DNA of 64,000 nt from an uncultured virus (IMG/VR IMGVR_UViG_3300032268_001179). Lineage: Duplodnaviria > Heunggongvirae > Uroviricota > Caudoviricetes. Shown here in pieces: positions 1 through 9,759 of this stretch. Each line of letters opens with the position of its first letter. Within the stretch, counting starts at the first letter, position 1. The notes under the pieces are model-generated. The model made no database searches, was not told the DNA's origin, and worked only from the letters and a program-made list of their open reading frames with translations. The stretch is from the IMG/VR virus record IMGVR_UViG_3300032268_001179, one strand, 5' to 3'. A program made the position numbers and the translations under genes.

Positions 1-363
1 GCGTTCTCAAGCTTAAGAAGTAAAAATGAATTTTGCGGCGTAAATAAAACATACCTTCAAACATATGGTACAAATTTATACACTGACCTTGATGGTGATA
101 TTGACCAAGAGACAGAATGGGCAGGTATCTCAAGAATTTTGAGAAATTTACAAATTGACCCAAAGATTGGGGCGGCACCACAAAAAACAGGTCCAGGGGG
201 AGGTTCAACATCACCAAAACCTATGACAGGTGCAACATCAACAACTGTGGCAAAAACACAAAATTCTGCATTACCTCCACCAGATAAAAATTTAATGAGA
301 CAACAAAAGATGGCAGGTCAAAGACCTGATGGACTTCGACAAGGTGACCCTAGAAAAGGATAA
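1..363 (+). CDS. hypothetical protein, 5'-truncated by window edge
   Basis: frame 1 is open from position 1 to TAA at 361-363; segment FCGVNKTY..LYTDLDGDID resembles segments in 5845..6507 and 50018..50902. Confidence 0.7.
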   Translation, partial: AFSSLRSKNEFCGVNKTYLQTYGTNLYTDLDGDIDQETEWAGISRILRNLQIDPKIGAAPQKTGPGGGSTSPKPMTGATSTTVAKTQNSALPPPDKNLMRQQKMAGQRPDGLRQGDPRKG

Positions 364-378
364 TATTATAAATTTATT

Positions 379-408
379 AACCCCCTCCTGATATAGAGGG
401 GTTTTTTT
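379..408 (+). terminator. intrinsic terminator
   Basis: CCCCTC/GAGGGG stem plus T run right after the stop codon. Confidence 0.7.
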
Positions 409-519
409 ATGTCCATTATAGAACACGACCCCCCTATTTGGAAATACTCCTTCAACGGGAAAAAAATTTTTGGAAAAAATTGGGGGAATTGGGGATATTT
501 ATAATAAACGAAAATTATC

Positions 520-906
520 ATGAAAAAAATTATAAGATTAGCTGAATCAGATTTGGTGAAATTGGTCCAAAGAGTTGTAAATGAACAATCTCAGCTACAA
601 GGACATACACAAACTTCCACCATGAATAAAGATGGTGTTACTACAACTAAGACTATTGTTAATCCTCCGATGTCTAGTCCTCAAAAAAACTATAAACTTT
701 CTTCGGGGCCAACTAATAAAGAATACAACATGATTGATACCTGTGCTAGTATGGGGGTTAAAACTCCAGGTTATTGTGACACACAAGGAAAAAAACCCGT
801 TAAATCATGTGCATCACTTGGAGTGAAAACACCTGGATTTTGTTATGTTGATACAAAAAAACCTATACCTAATCAAGCACCTCCTACAACAAACAAAATT
901 AAATAA
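520..906 (+). CDS. hypothetical protein, MKKIIRLxESDL N-terminal motif, duplicated CASxGVKTPGxC
   Basis: ORF; upstream TATTTAT; downstream terminator. Confidence 0.8.
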   Translation: MKKIIRLAESDLVKLVQRVVNEQSQLQGHTQTSTMNKDGVTTTKTIVNPPMSSPQKNYKLSSGPTNKEYNMIDTCASMGVKTPGYCDTQGKKPVKSCASLGVKTPGFCYVDTKKPIPNQAPPTTNKIK

Positions 907-978
907 ATTAAACCCCCATCTTTTTTAGGTGGGGATTTTTTTTGTATCTTTGTAATTCAACGATAACCGCTATACGAT

Positions 979-1263
979 ATGATGATTTCTATTTTAGTTT
1001 CCGCTCAGTACTACGAGAACTACTCTGATTCCAAGAACCCTTATTGGAAGCCGAAGGGTGGGGCGGATTTTTCTTTTCCTGTTGATTCCGATTTGGCGAT
1101 ATATGCTTGCAAGGAGGATTTGAAAAATACTCTAATGAAAATGGTGGAGGAGCAGGGTAATGAGTATTCCCGATATGAGTACATCTCCCATGAGTTTAAG
1201 TTCTCTGATCCAATTGTGGTTGAGGGACTTGGTAAAGAGTTGGGGAAAATGTTTGTTAATTAA
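979..1263 (+). CDS. hypothetical phage protein (AQYYENY..PYWKPKGG)
   Basis: ORF; upstream TATCTTTG host-type -7 element. Confidence 0.7.
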   Translation: MMISILVSAQYYENYSDSKNPYWKPKGGADFSFPVDSDLAIYACKEDLKNTLMKMVEEQGNEYSRYEYISHEFKFSDPIVVEGLGKELGKMFVN

Positions 1264-1268
1264 CAGGT

Positions 1269-1330
1269 GGGGATATTCGTATACGGCCGTCCGTTCTCCC
1301 TTCGGTCGTTGAAATCCCCAACCCCTTTTT
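1269..1330 (+). repeat. intergenic repeat element, copy 1
   Basis: GGGGATATTCG..CTCCCTTCGGTCGTTGAAATCCCCAACCCCTTTTT; related copies at 2423, 3156, 8256. Confidence 0.85.
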
Positions 1331-1352
1331 GTGATAATGAATATTTATTAAT

Positions 1353-1718
1353 ATGAACTTACAAGAGAACATAGAAAGAATACACGAGATAATGATGGGA
1401 ATGGATAGTCCTCGTCATACTTTCAATATACGTAAACTTGTTGACGATAATATTATTTTTGTTACAATTCCAGGTGATGGTCAGGGTGGTATTGCCGAAC
1501 CAAATTGGGAAGGTGATTGTAGTGTACTTACATTAGACAACTTAACTGACGAACAAATTGAATTAAATCCGTGGAGATTGGAAGCAATCAAACATCCTTT
1601 ACCCGATTGTATTCCATATGTACAAGATAGTCAAAATGATTGGAGTGATGAGAAATATTATCAAGTAATCAACTCTATAGAAAAAAATGGAGGGGATGTC
1701 AATAATTACATAATATGA
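1353..1718 (+). CDS. hypothetical protein, MNLQENIERI motif
   Basis: ORF; N-terminus shared with 4566..5420. Confidence 0.75.
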   Translation: MNLQENIERIHEIMMGMDSPRHTFNIRKLVDDNIIFVTIPGDGQGGIAEPNWEGDCSVLTLDNLTDEQIELNPWRLEAIKHPLPDCIPYVQDSQNDWSDEKYYQVINSIEKNGGDVNNYII

Positions 1719-1813
1719 ATTTACATAAGAAATTTATTAAAGATACAAAATTACCTGACTTCGAGTAATTCTAATCCCCAACCCCTTTTTTGAAATGATT
1801 GGTATTTATTGAT

Positions 1814-2371
1814 ATGAAAAAGATTATACGGTTAACGGAGTCGGAATTGTTGTCATTGGTTAAGAAGGTGATAGTAGAATCCAAAAGATTCAAGAATCAG
1901 GAAATGATTGATGATATCTTGGATAAAATTAGTTCTCAGGGGATTGACTCTTTGACTGATTTCGAAAGGGAGATGTTGGATAATCCTGATGTTGAGATTA
2001 TGTCAGCCCCTACCCCTGTTAGGGATGAGGTTGATGATTCTAATCATCCTGACCTTAAATGTTTGCAAAGATATGTTGAACATATGTTTGATGAATCTGA
2101 CATGAGAAAGAATAAATATGGTGAATTGAAGTTTGATTATAGAACAGGGGGTTTGGGATTATGGAATAACAATGATTTGCCCGATTCTGATGATGACGAT
2201 GCATTCGATAGATTTTTGGATGTTCTTAAAAAAATTGTTGATCGCAAATTTTTTGGTGATGAAGGATGTTCCGATTTTAATTTGGATTCCGTTGACTATT
2301 ATACTTATGAGTATTATGTAAATGAATTGATGAGACGTAAAGGTGAAGATGATGCGGATTTGCAATTCTAA
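1814..2371 (+). CDS. hypothetical protein, MKKIIRLTESEL motif
   Basis: ORF; start set at the ATG after TATTTAT. Confidence 0.75.
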   Translation: MKKIIRLTESELLSLVKKVIVESKRFKNQEMIDDILDKISSQGIDSLTDFEREMLDNPDVEIMSAPTPVRDEVDDSNHPDLKCLQRYVEHMFDESDMRKNKYGELKFDYRTGGLGLWNNNDLPDSDDDDAFDRFLDVLKKIVDRKFFGDEGCSDFNLDSVDYYTYEYYVNELMRRKGEDDADLQF

Positions 2372-2422
2372 ACTTCATGAACATTAACTGAACCCCATCT
2401 TATTAGGTGGGGATTTTTTTTT

Positions 2423-2485
2423 GGGGATATTCGGATACGGTCGTCCGTTCTCCCTTCGGTCGTTCTAATCCCCATCCCCTTTTTT
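2423..2485 (+). repeat. intergenic repeat element, copy 2
   Basis: near-identical to 1269..1330. Confidence 0.85.
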
Positions 2486-2507
2486 GGATAACTTATATTT
2501 ATAAGAT

Positions 2508-3149
2508 ATGAAATATATTATCACAGAATCTCAATATGGTAGATTGATGGAACAATCGGCAGTATGTAAAAAGAATCAGGTTACAAAGGCAGTTGTCGAT
2601 TCTAAACTCAAGATGTTACCCTCTAAGGTTGACGAAGTATCATCATCTGTTGTTGCTAGATTTACGAGGGGATTGGATAAAAAATATGTTGATATGACTG
2701 AGACATTGATAAAAAAATTCAAACCAGAAATCATGTCAATCAATACAAAAAAAATATATTCTATGTTTGGGGTATATCCAAAATATGATTCCTTTAATGA
2801 CTTGAAAGTATTGTTGGATAAAGCATATTCTGAATTGGAATCATCTTTCGATAAAAATTTTATTTATAAGGTTGCCGCATCCACTTATGTTACAAAATCA
2901 AATGTTGGTGAGGTAAAAAAAATTATGGGTGGAATTGTTGATAAGATATTAACTGGGGTTTATCAGATGACATTATTTCCAAAATATAAAATTAGAAATG
3001 ATATTATGGATTCTTACCCTAGATGTTCTGATGGAGATTATTCAGTATTAACATTTCCCGAAAATGGTGTTAATAACTCCGAGAATTTGGACAAGATATT
3101 TCAGAGTATAAGAAACAGAGTAAATCAAAAAATTGATTCTTTGGTTTAA
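2508..3149 (+). CDS. hypothetical protein, MKYIITESQ motif
   Basis: ORF. Confidence 0.75.
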   Translation: MKYIITESQYGRLMEQSAVCKKNQVTKAVVDSKLKMLPSKVDEVSSSVVARFTRGLDKKYVDMTETLIKKFKPEIMSINTKKIYSMFGVYPKYDSFNDLKVLLDKAYSELESSFDKNFIYKVAASTYVTKSNVGEVKKIMGGIVDKILTGVYQMTLFPKYKIRNDIMDSYPRCSDGDYSVLTFPENGVNNSENLDKIFQSIRNRVNQKIDSLV

Positions 3150-3155
3150 TTAGAT

Positions 3156-3213
3156 GGGGGTATTCGGATCCGCTTTCTCCCTTCGGTCGTTGAAATCCCC
3201 AACCCCTTTTTTT
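3156..3213 (+). repeat. intergenic repeat element, copy 3
   Basis: shares TTCTCCCTTCGGTCGTTGAAATCCCCAACCCCTTTTT with copy 1. Confidence 0.85.
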
Positions 3214-3237
3214 GACTATTTATCTTAAAGATATATT

Positions 3238-3738
3238 ATGCCGTTCTCTACTCCTGTCTTTAAGCAAGAAACCATTGATTACTTGGTGAATAAATTTGAC
3301 CCCTCGTCTACGATATTAGATGTTGGAGCTGGTGCGGGTTATTATTCCAAATTGCTTAAGGGGATTTTTCCTAACATGGATGCAATAGAAATATTTGAAC
3401 CGTATATTGATCAGTATGGATTGAAATCAAAATACAATAATGTTTGGAATGAAAATATCTTAACCTTTGAATTTGATTATTATAATATTATTTTGATGGG
3501 TGATGTATTGGAACATATTGAGGAGGGTGAGGGAATTGAGATAATTAAAAAGTTATATTCAAAATGTGATGAGTTGGTTGTTGCCATTCCGTTTAATGCT
3601 CCCCAAGGTGAGTGGGGAGGTAATATCTATGAAACCCATCTTCAACCCAAATTAACTCATGAGGATTTTCTTCAAAAGTATGAGGGGTTCAAGCCGTTGG
3701 AATATAGAAACGATTATGGGGTTTATATAAAATCATAA
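3238..3738 (+). CDS. class I SAM-dependent methyltransferase
   Basis: ILDVGAGAG motif I and DVLEHI. Confidence 0.85.
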   Translation: MPFSTPVFKQETIDYLVNKFDPSSTILDVGAGAGYYSKLLKGIFPNMDAIEIFEPYIDQYGLKSKYNNVWNENILTFEFDYYNIILMGDVLEHIEEGEGIEIIKKLYSKCDELVVAIPFNAPQGEWGGNIYETHLQPKLTHEDFLQKYEGFKPLEYRNDYGVYIKS

Positions 3739-3763
3739 TTTGGATAACTTATATTTATAAGAT

Positions 3764-4099
3764 ATGAAATATATCATCACTGAAAGCAGATTTGAAAATT
3801 TAATATTCAAATATTTGGATAATAAATTGGATGGTATTGAACTCAAGAAAGGAGATTATTCTGCTATTGTCTTTGTGTTTCCTGGTAAAGAATTTGGATT
3901 GATGAGATGGGTTCCTTCACCTGGACAAAAAGATAATCAATTATTCACTTATTACGAAATGGTTGATGATGTTAAAACCATGTTTTCAATGGGTAAATTT
4001 GATGCTCTTGATGTTATCGGAAGGTATGTTGAAAGTAGATACAATTTGAAGGTACATAGCAACGACGATTCTGATTGGAAAACTATTTTTACCGTTTAA
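3764..4099 (+). CDS. MKYIITESR paralogue family member 1
   Basis: LIFKYLDNKL..KKG..IVF.FPG..DVIGRYVESRYNL shared with 5445, 7913, 8686, 9068. Confidence 0.8.
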   Translation: MKYIITESRFENLIFKYLDNKLDGIELKKGDYSAIVFVFPGKEFGLMRWVPSPGQKDNQLFTYYEMVDDVKTMFSMGKFDALDVIGRYVESRYNLKVHSNDDSDWKTIFTV

Positions 4100-4111
4100 A
4101 GTAGATAGGAT

Positions 4112-4270
4112 ATGATAACACTACTAATAACCATTGGATTTATTTCTTTATTTTTTATATTGATGTCCGTGAGATTGATATTTCTTAAGGGTGGTGAGTT
4201 TAAGGGAACTTGTGCTTCACAGGGAAATGTCTGTGAGGTATGTGGAAAGAAGGGTGAATGTGATAAATGA
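4112..4270 (+). CDS. small membrane protein with Cys motif (GEFKGTCASQ..CEVCG)
   Basis: 52-aa ORF read manually (below the track cut-off); hydrophobic N-terminus; resembles small Bacteroidota membrane/secreted proteins. Confidence 0.65.
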   Translation: MITLLITIGFISLFFILMSVRLIFLKGGEFKGTCASQGNVCEVCGKKGECDK

Positions 4271-4288
4271 TTGGGGATATTTATTGAT

Positions 4289-4531
4289 ATGAAATACATC
4301 ATCACGGAAGATCGTTTGGGAAAACTTGTTCTAAAATTTTTGGAATTGAAAGATATTGTTGATGATGCTCAAATAGAGGATGGGAAGGTGATTATTTATT
4401 TGAAACGTCCCATTCACCTTGATGAGATTAAATCCTTGGCCAATTCGGTAAAGACAATGTTTGATTATCATGGTGAAATATATAAACCATCTCGTACTAG
4501 ATGGAATTATATAATGGTTTATAATTTTTAA
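4289..4531 (+). CDS. hypothetical protein, MKYIITE motif
   Basis: ORF. Confidence 0.7.
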   Translation: MKYIITEDRLGKLVLKFLELKDIVDDAQIEDGKVIIYLKRPIHLDEIKSLANSVKTMFDYHGEIYKPSRTRWNYIMVYNF

Positions 4532-4565
4532 TTATCCCCATCCCCTTTTTTGGATATTTATTAAT

Positions 4566-5420
4566 ATGAACTTAAAAGAGAATATAGAAAGGATTCAAGA
4601 GGTTATGGGTGTTTTGGTTGAACAGTCATTATCTGAACAATCAAAGAAAGACATCAGTAGATTGATAAAAACTGAGGGAGATAAGGTTAGGCAACATTAT
4701 CTTAGATTATATTCCAATCCTCAAACGATTGCTAAGTTTTCCAAAAAACAAAATGTTGATCTGGTAAAGAAATTTATTCCTACAATCTCTTTTAAGATTT
4801 TTTCAGAACAAGGATCGAGAAACGGGTATGTTAAAACAAATGATTTTGATGTTATATATTTGAACTTATTAAGGTTGTTCAAAAAGAGTGGTGATGGGTA
4901 TGTTCAAAATGGTAGTTTGTTGTATGATACCATATTGCATGAAATGGCTCATAGTATTGATATGAAGATGCAGTCTTTGGGGGAGAGAACAATTTCTTCA
5001 TCATCGGGGCATTATGATGTTGACGGTGGACAGGATGAATATGTGTCATCGGATCTTGAAACCTTTGCTCGAGTTCAAAGGATGCGTGAGGTATTTGGAA
5101 TTTCTCCTGGTGCCAACGGTGAACAGATTAAAAATAAGTTGGTTGAGTTTATTCGGTCCAAAAGATTGGTGTTCCCCAATGTTCAAATTGGTGGTATTCA
5201 AAAACCTGTTGGATTAATGTTTACCCCTTCTCAGGCGAAGGGAGTTTTAACAAAACTATGGGGGTTTTATGATCCGATGAAAGTTGACGGAACCAAGAAT
5301 TCTGATATCTCCGCTTTATTTGCCAAGTTTTCATCCGTAAAGGACAATAAAAAAGTTTTTCTTAATTTGGATTCCATTGGGAAGATAAATCTGTCCACAA
5401 AAGGTTTGCCATCCTCATAA
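4566..5420 (+). CDS. putative zincin-like metallopeptidase
   Basis: ILHEMAH (HExxH) with downstream E.FAR; MNLKENIERI N-terminus. Confidence 0.6.
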   Translation: MNLKENIERIQEVMGVLVEQSLSEQSKKDISRLIKTEGDKVRQHYLRLYSNPQTIAKFSKKQNVDLVKKFIPTISFKIFSEQGSRNGYVKTNDFDVIYLNLLRLFKKSGDGYVQNGSLLYDTILHEMAHSIDMKMQSLGERTISSSSGHYDVDGGQDEYVSSDLETFARVQRMREVFGISPGANGEQIKNKLVEFIRSKRLVFPNVQIGGIQKPVGLMFTPSQAKGVLTKLWGFYDPMKVDGTKNSDISALFAKFSSVKDNKKVFLNLDSIGKINLSTKGLPSS

Positions 5421-5444
5421 TTTTTTTATTTATAATTTTTAATT

Positions 5445-5771
5445 ATGAAATATATCATCACGGAAAGCAGATTGGAAAGTCTCATATTCAAATATTTGGA
5501 TAATAAGTTTAATGGTATTGAAATCAAGAAAGGAAGACATTCCGATATTGTCTTTGCGTTTCCTGGTGAAACCATGGGAGTAATGGGGGTTGATAATCCC
5601 GATTGGTATAGTACACTGTACATTGATAGTGAATTATTGAAGGGTATCACTCTTATGTTTTCCTTAGAATGGGAGAATACTTTTGATATAATCAAGAAGT
5701 ATGTTGAAAGTAGATATAATTTAAAAATTAACTCCGTTTTGTTTGGAGACGAACAACGAATGATTAAGTAA
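5445..5771 (+). CDS. MKYIITESR paralogue family member 2
   Basis: paralogous to 3764..4099. Confidence 0.8.
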   Translation: MKYIITESRLESLIFKYLDNKFNGIEIKKGRHSDIVFAFPGETMGVMGVDNPDWYSTLYIDSELLKGITLMFSLEWENTFDIIKKYVESRYNLKINSVLFGDEQRMIK

Positions 5772-5844
5772 GAATTGTATCGTTATTCGGATTCCCAACC
5801 CCTTTTTTTTAATGTATAGATATTTATTATAAACTGAAAATATT

Positions 5845-6507
5845 ATGAAAAAAGTTATAAGATTAACTGAGTCAGATTTGACAAGATTGGTTAAAAGAGT
5901 TATCAAGGAACAGTCTCAAGTATCACAAATTAGGTCGGTTGATACCGTTAAACCTTCATCTCAATCTCAAGTATCACAAATTAGGTCGGTTGATACCGTT
6001 AAGCCTTCATCTCAATCAGCGGTAAAACCCACAAGCGCCACCGCGAAACCTGATAACAGTAATTTGAAAAACACTTTATCCAAACTAGTTGGAGTGGGTG
6101 ATGGCAAAAGTTATCAAGAAATATGTAAAGTATGCAATCAACAAACAAACTTGGACATGAATAATCCAAGGGCCAAAAAAGCAGCACGAGAATTTGCACA
6201 GGCGATTAAGGGATTAGAAAGTACGTTTAGTAACTTTGGTGGTAGTGGTTCTTTTGCTGACAAGGATAGTTCAGCGTTTAAAGCAGGACAAGCACTTGAA
6301 AAAAATCTTGAGACTGCTGAAGACATTTGTACCACGATAAAATATTACAATTCTTATGGAGGGGGTGAAGAATTTTGTGAGGCAGTGAGAGGGGAACTAA
6401 AGTATAAATTCGACTCGAGTTCGAACAGTGATGAGTTGATTGGAATACCAATATATAGAATCCTAATGGGAAAGAAAATCATGTCGGCTCCAGGAAATAG
6501 AAGATAA
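5845..6507 (+). CDS. hypothetical protein, MKKVIRLTESDL motif, internal 17-aa duplication
   Basis: ORF; QSQVSQIRSVDTVKPSS twice. Confidence 0.8.
   Translation: MKKVIRLTESDLTRLVKRVIKEQSQVSQIRSVDTVKPSSQSQVSQIRSVDTVKPSSQSAVKPTSATAKPDNSNLKNTLSKLVGVGDGKSYQEICKVCNQQTNLDMNNPRAKKAAREFAQAIKGLESTFSNFGGSGSFADKDSSAFKAGQALEKNLETAEDICTTIKYYNSYGGGEEFCEAVRGELKYKFDSSSNSDELIGIPIYRILMGKKIMSAPGNRR
5911..6012 (+). repeat. 51-bp tandem duplication
   Basis: two near-identical 51-nt units. Confidence 0.9.
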
Positions 6508-6528
6508 TTTTTTTTAAATAAAACTATA

Positions 6529-6774
6529 ATGAAAAAAAATATAAGATTAACGGAAGACGATTTAACAAGATTGGTTATAAGAGCGATTAATGAACAAATG
6601 GATGTATCTTCGGATTCAGAATATTATCAAGAAAGAAAACGGGAGGTGTCAATTCCTTTCGATGATTTGTCAATGTTGGCAAGTCTTGCTTCAAGATTCT
6701 GTGGTAACAAGGAAAACTTCCCTGACTGTAATCAAGTAAGAAGAATTATTAGTAGACACAGTTTATTTATGTAA
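6529..6774 (+). CDS. hypothetical protein, MKKNIRLTEDDL motif
   Basis: ORF followed by terminator. Confidence 0.75.
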   Translation: MKKNIRLTEDDLTRLVIRAINEQMDVSSDSEYYQERKREVSIPFDDLSMLASLASRFCGNKENFPDCNQVRRIISRHSLFM

Positions 6775-6834
6775 TCAATATTAAGAACCCTACCCATAAA
6801 GTAGGGGTTTTTTATTTGTGTATATTTATAAGAT

Positions 6835-7515
6835 ATGAAACATCAAACATTAAATGAGGAAATCGGCAGAATAAAATCCATCATGGGTTGCTGCAAAGGT
6901 AAGGTCAATGAAGACCAAGAGAATTGTATTGATCCCGAATCTGAACAAGGCCGACAGGCTATGGATAGAGCAGTTGGGTTTGTTAAATATGAGGTAGATA
7001 AATTGGGTATTACTAATGACGATATTGCCGCTGATACCAAAGATTCACCTGATATTTCTGATGCTAAAGAAAAGTTGACCCAAATGGTGGAACCTGCTGT
7101 TACAGATATGGATGGTCCCCAACTCAAAGAGTTGATTATGGGAATTAAACGTCTTATTAAGAATAAGAAATCTGGCAAATTGGAGGAACCAAAACCAACC
7201 GCAGTAAATGAACAAATTGGTTCCGCTGCGGCTATTCTAAGTCAAGCCGAATTGTTTTTACTTTCACTCCCAACTGGTATTTTTGTTGCGGTTGCGGTAT
7301 GGTTATTATTGAGATTGGTTAGATGTTATATATATCGGGCAGTCCGCATGGTAACGGAGACTGGTAATGACCGATATTGTGGGTTTAACACTGTCACCAA
7401 CCCTGTCAATAGAATATTACAGTTGGTATTCTTAGATTTCAGAAACCTTTTTAGTGGTTGGCAACCAGGAGAGCAAGATAACTATATTTGGGGATGTGAC
7501 CGATTATATAATTAA
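6835..7515 (+). CDS. hypothetical membrane protein
   Basis: LNEEIGRIKSIM motif; C-terminal hydrophobic segment. Confidence 0.75.
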   Translation: MKHQTLNEEIGRIKSIMGCCKGKVNEDQENCIDPESEQGRQAMDRAVGFVKYEVDKLGITNDDIAADTKDSPDISDAKEKLTQMVEPAVTDMDGPQLKELIMGIKRLIKNKKSGKLEEPKPTAVNEQIGSAAAILSQAELFLLSLPTGIFVAVAVWLLLRLVRCYIYRAVRMVTETGNDRYCGFNTVTNPVNRILQLVFLDFRNLFSGWQPGEQDNYIWGCDRLYN

Positions 7516-7575
7516 TGATATTTAATTGACCCCATCTATAAAGATGGGGATTTTTTTTTGTGTATATTTATTGAT

Positions 7576-7911
7576 ATGATAAACGAACCCATGTTAAAAC
7601 TTTTGAATAAGATTTCAAATTCTTCATTGTTGAAGGGTGTTTATCCTATGGTTGATCGTGTGGAGATTAAATATTATGGTGAGGGTCGTAAATACGGACG
7701 GCCACATGATAATTATAAAGTTGCGGTTTATCTGAATGATGATTCGATCACAGAAAAAAATATGTATGATAAAGAATTTGACCCTTATTATCTTCTTTCT
7801 CATTATATTGAGGGAGAGTTTTTAAAATATTTGGGAATTTCTCGTTATAAGAATCAATTTTACATTGAGGTATATTCTCCTGATGGTTCAATTGTTGTAA
7901 CTGATTATTGA
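7576..7911 (+). CDS. hypothetical protein
   Basis: ORF; upstream TATTTAT. Confidence 0.7.
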   Translation: MINEPMLKLLNKISNSSLLKGVYPMVDRVEIKYYGEGRKYGRPHDNYKVAVYLNDDSITEKNMYDKEFDPYYLLSHYIEGEFLKYLGISRYKNQFYIEVYSPDGSIVVTDY

Positions 7912-7912
7912 T

Positions 7913-8245
7913 ATGAAATACATCATCACGGAAAGCAGAATGGAAAACTTGATATTCAAATATTTGGATAATAAGTTGGATGGAGTTAAAAAAAAGAAAG
8001 GAAAATATTGTGATATTGTCTTTGCGTTTCCTGGTGAAGAATTTGGGTTGATAGGATGGAATTCTCCCGATCAATTATTCACTTTTGTGGATTTGATCAA
8101 TGACGTTAAACTTATGTTTTCAATTGAACGAGCTTATATTCTTGATGTCATCGGAAGGTATGTTGAAAATAGATACAACTTGAAGGTGAGTTCAAATGTC
8201 AACAGCCTCGTTGCTCTGGGAAAATCATTGAAAGTAGATAATTAA
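7913..8245 (+). CDS. MKYIITESR paralogue family member 3
   Basis: paralogous to 3764..4099. Confidence 0.8.
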   Translation: MKYIITESRMENLIFKYLDNKLDGVKKKKGKYCDIVFAFPGEEFGLIGWNSPDQLFTFVDLINDVKLMFSIERAYILDVIGRYVENRYNLKVSSNVNSLVALGKSLKVDN

Positions 8246-8255
8246 ACTTATTGTC

Positions 8256-8292
8256 CTCCCTTCGGTCGTTCTAATCCCCAACCCCTTTTTTT
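8256..8292 (+). repeat. intergenic repeat element, copy 4 (core only)
   Basis: CTCCCTTCGGTCGTTCTAATCCCCAACCCCTTTTT. Confidence 0.85.
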
Positions 8293-8316
8293 GTGATAGT
8301 TGGGTATTTATTGTTA

Positions 8317-8670
8317 ATGGACTCTCTAATTGAACGTTATATGAATTTGAGGAATCTTGATTATAAGATCAAGCTTATCAAAACTTATTATGATGGACCA
8401 CGGGCAACAATCTGTCTTCAAATTGTTGTTCATGAAAAAGATTCTCTCGAAATCCAATTTAATGAATATCATTGTTATAGATTGATTTTACCTGTATGGA
8501 GCGGAAAGTCTGGATTATCCCTTAATGATGTAAAATTCGCGGAAGGTAATAGAGTTAAGAGTGCTGGTGAGGGATCATTGTCATATTTGGGTAATAATGA
8601 TATGGTCGAGAATTATTTCAGTGAAAAAACACGTCAATTTGCTTTTGATTATTTTAAACAACTTCTTTAA
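8317..8670 (+). CDS. hypothetical protein
   Basis: ORF. Confidence 0.65.
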   Translation: MDSLIERYMNLRNLDYKIKLIKTYYDGPRATICLQIVVHEKDSLEIQFNEYHCYRLILPVWSGKSGLSLNDVKFAEGNRVKSAGEGSLSYLGNNDMVENYFSEKTRQFAFDYFKQLL

Positions 8671-8685
8671 GGATTATAATATTAT

Positions 8686-9066
8686 ATGAAATACATCATC
8701 ACGGAAAGCAGATTGGAAAACCTAGTATTCAAATATTTGGATAATAAATTAAAAGGAGCCGATATTAAGAAAGGGATAGTTTCAGACATTGTTTTTGCTT
8801 TCCCTGGTGAAAAAGTTGGGTTACTTGCGGTGAATAAGTATCATAAAAAAGGGGATAATTATTTACACATTTACTTTCCATTATTTGATGAAATACAAAC
8901 TATGTTTTCTATGAAAGAGGGTGATGTTCTTGAGGTAATTGGGAAATATCTTGAAAGTAGATACAATATGAAATTGGATTATGCTCCGAGACTTAAAAGT
9001 ATCTTTGGTAGTAGGGTTGATAATGATAGATTTGACAGAACTTACTTAATACTTGATAAAAAATGA
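8686..9066 (+). CDS. MKYIITESR paralogue family member 4
   Basis: paralogous to 3764..4099. Confidence 0.8.
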   Translation: MKYIITESRLENLVFKYLDNKLKGADIKKGIVSDIVFAFPGEKVGLLAVNKYHKKGDNYLHIYFPLFDEIQTMFSMKEGDVLEVIGKYLESRYNMKLDYAPRLKSIFGSRVDNDRFDRTYLILDKK

Positions 9067-9067
9067 T

Positions 9068-9403
9068 ATGAAATACATCATCACGGAAAGCAGATTAGAA
9101 AGTCTCATATTCAAATATTTGGATAATAAACTTAATGGTATCGAACTCAAGAAGGGAAGATATTCAGATATTGTTTTCGCCTTTCCTAATGAACAATATG
9201 GTTTGTTGGGATATATGAACTATGGCCATTTATACATTTTTTTGGATTTGAGGAATGATATTAAATCTTTTTTTTCAATGACAAGTGATGAAGCTGAAGA
9301 CTTAATTAGCAAGTATGTTGAATCTAAATTTAATTTGATGGTAAAATATAAATCAGTTGCGTTTCATAGTGATTGGGCTGAGTTGAAAGTAAAAAAGGTA
9401 TAA
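9068..9403 (+). CDS. MKYIITESR paralogue family member 5
   Basis: paralogous to 3764..4099. Confidence 0.8.
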   Translation: MKYIITESRLESLIFKYLDNKLNGIELKKGRYSDIVFAFPNEQYGLLGYMNYGHLYIFLDLRNDIKSFFSMTSDEAEDLISKYVESKFNLMVKYKSVAFHSDWAELKVKKV

Positions 9404-9491
9404 TATAACAGAAAGTTATTCGTGATAATGTGGAAAACATAGTTAAACCCCCACCTTTATTTGGTGAGGGTTTTTTATTATATTTCAGTTT

Positions 9492-9716
9492 ATGAAAAAG
9501 ATTATTTTTATTGTTATGATGTTATTGGGTTTGGGGGTTAATGCTCAAACTATGGAAAAGGATTATGTGAATTATCTATTGGATTTGGAAAAGGTTCAAG
9601 ATAAGAGAACACAGTTGTTCACAAATATAAAGAAGATTACTGTTCGCAGAAACAGATTGGTGTTTGTCTTTGACCGAAAAACTTTTAGACGTAAGGTTCG
9701 GGTGGGTTCTCGGTAA
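9492..9716 (+). CDS. small secreted protein
   Basis: signal peptide ending NAQ. Confidence 0.6.
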   Translation: MKKIIFIVMMLLGLGVNAQTMEKDYVNYLLDLEKVQDKRTQLFTNIKKITVRRNRLVFVFDRKTFRRKVRVGSR

Positions 9717-9759
9717 GATACCTTTAACCCTTTTTTTCTAAATTTATATATTTATTGGT

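Noticed and set aside
1269..8292. Intergenic repeats as a CRISPR array
   Set aside because: Copies are separated by whole genes (0.7-5 kb), not 30-40 nt spacers; no cas genes are present.
3764..9403. Paralogue family as a diversity-generating retroelement
   Set aside because: No reverse transcriptase in the window; differences include indels and are not visibly adenine-restricted.
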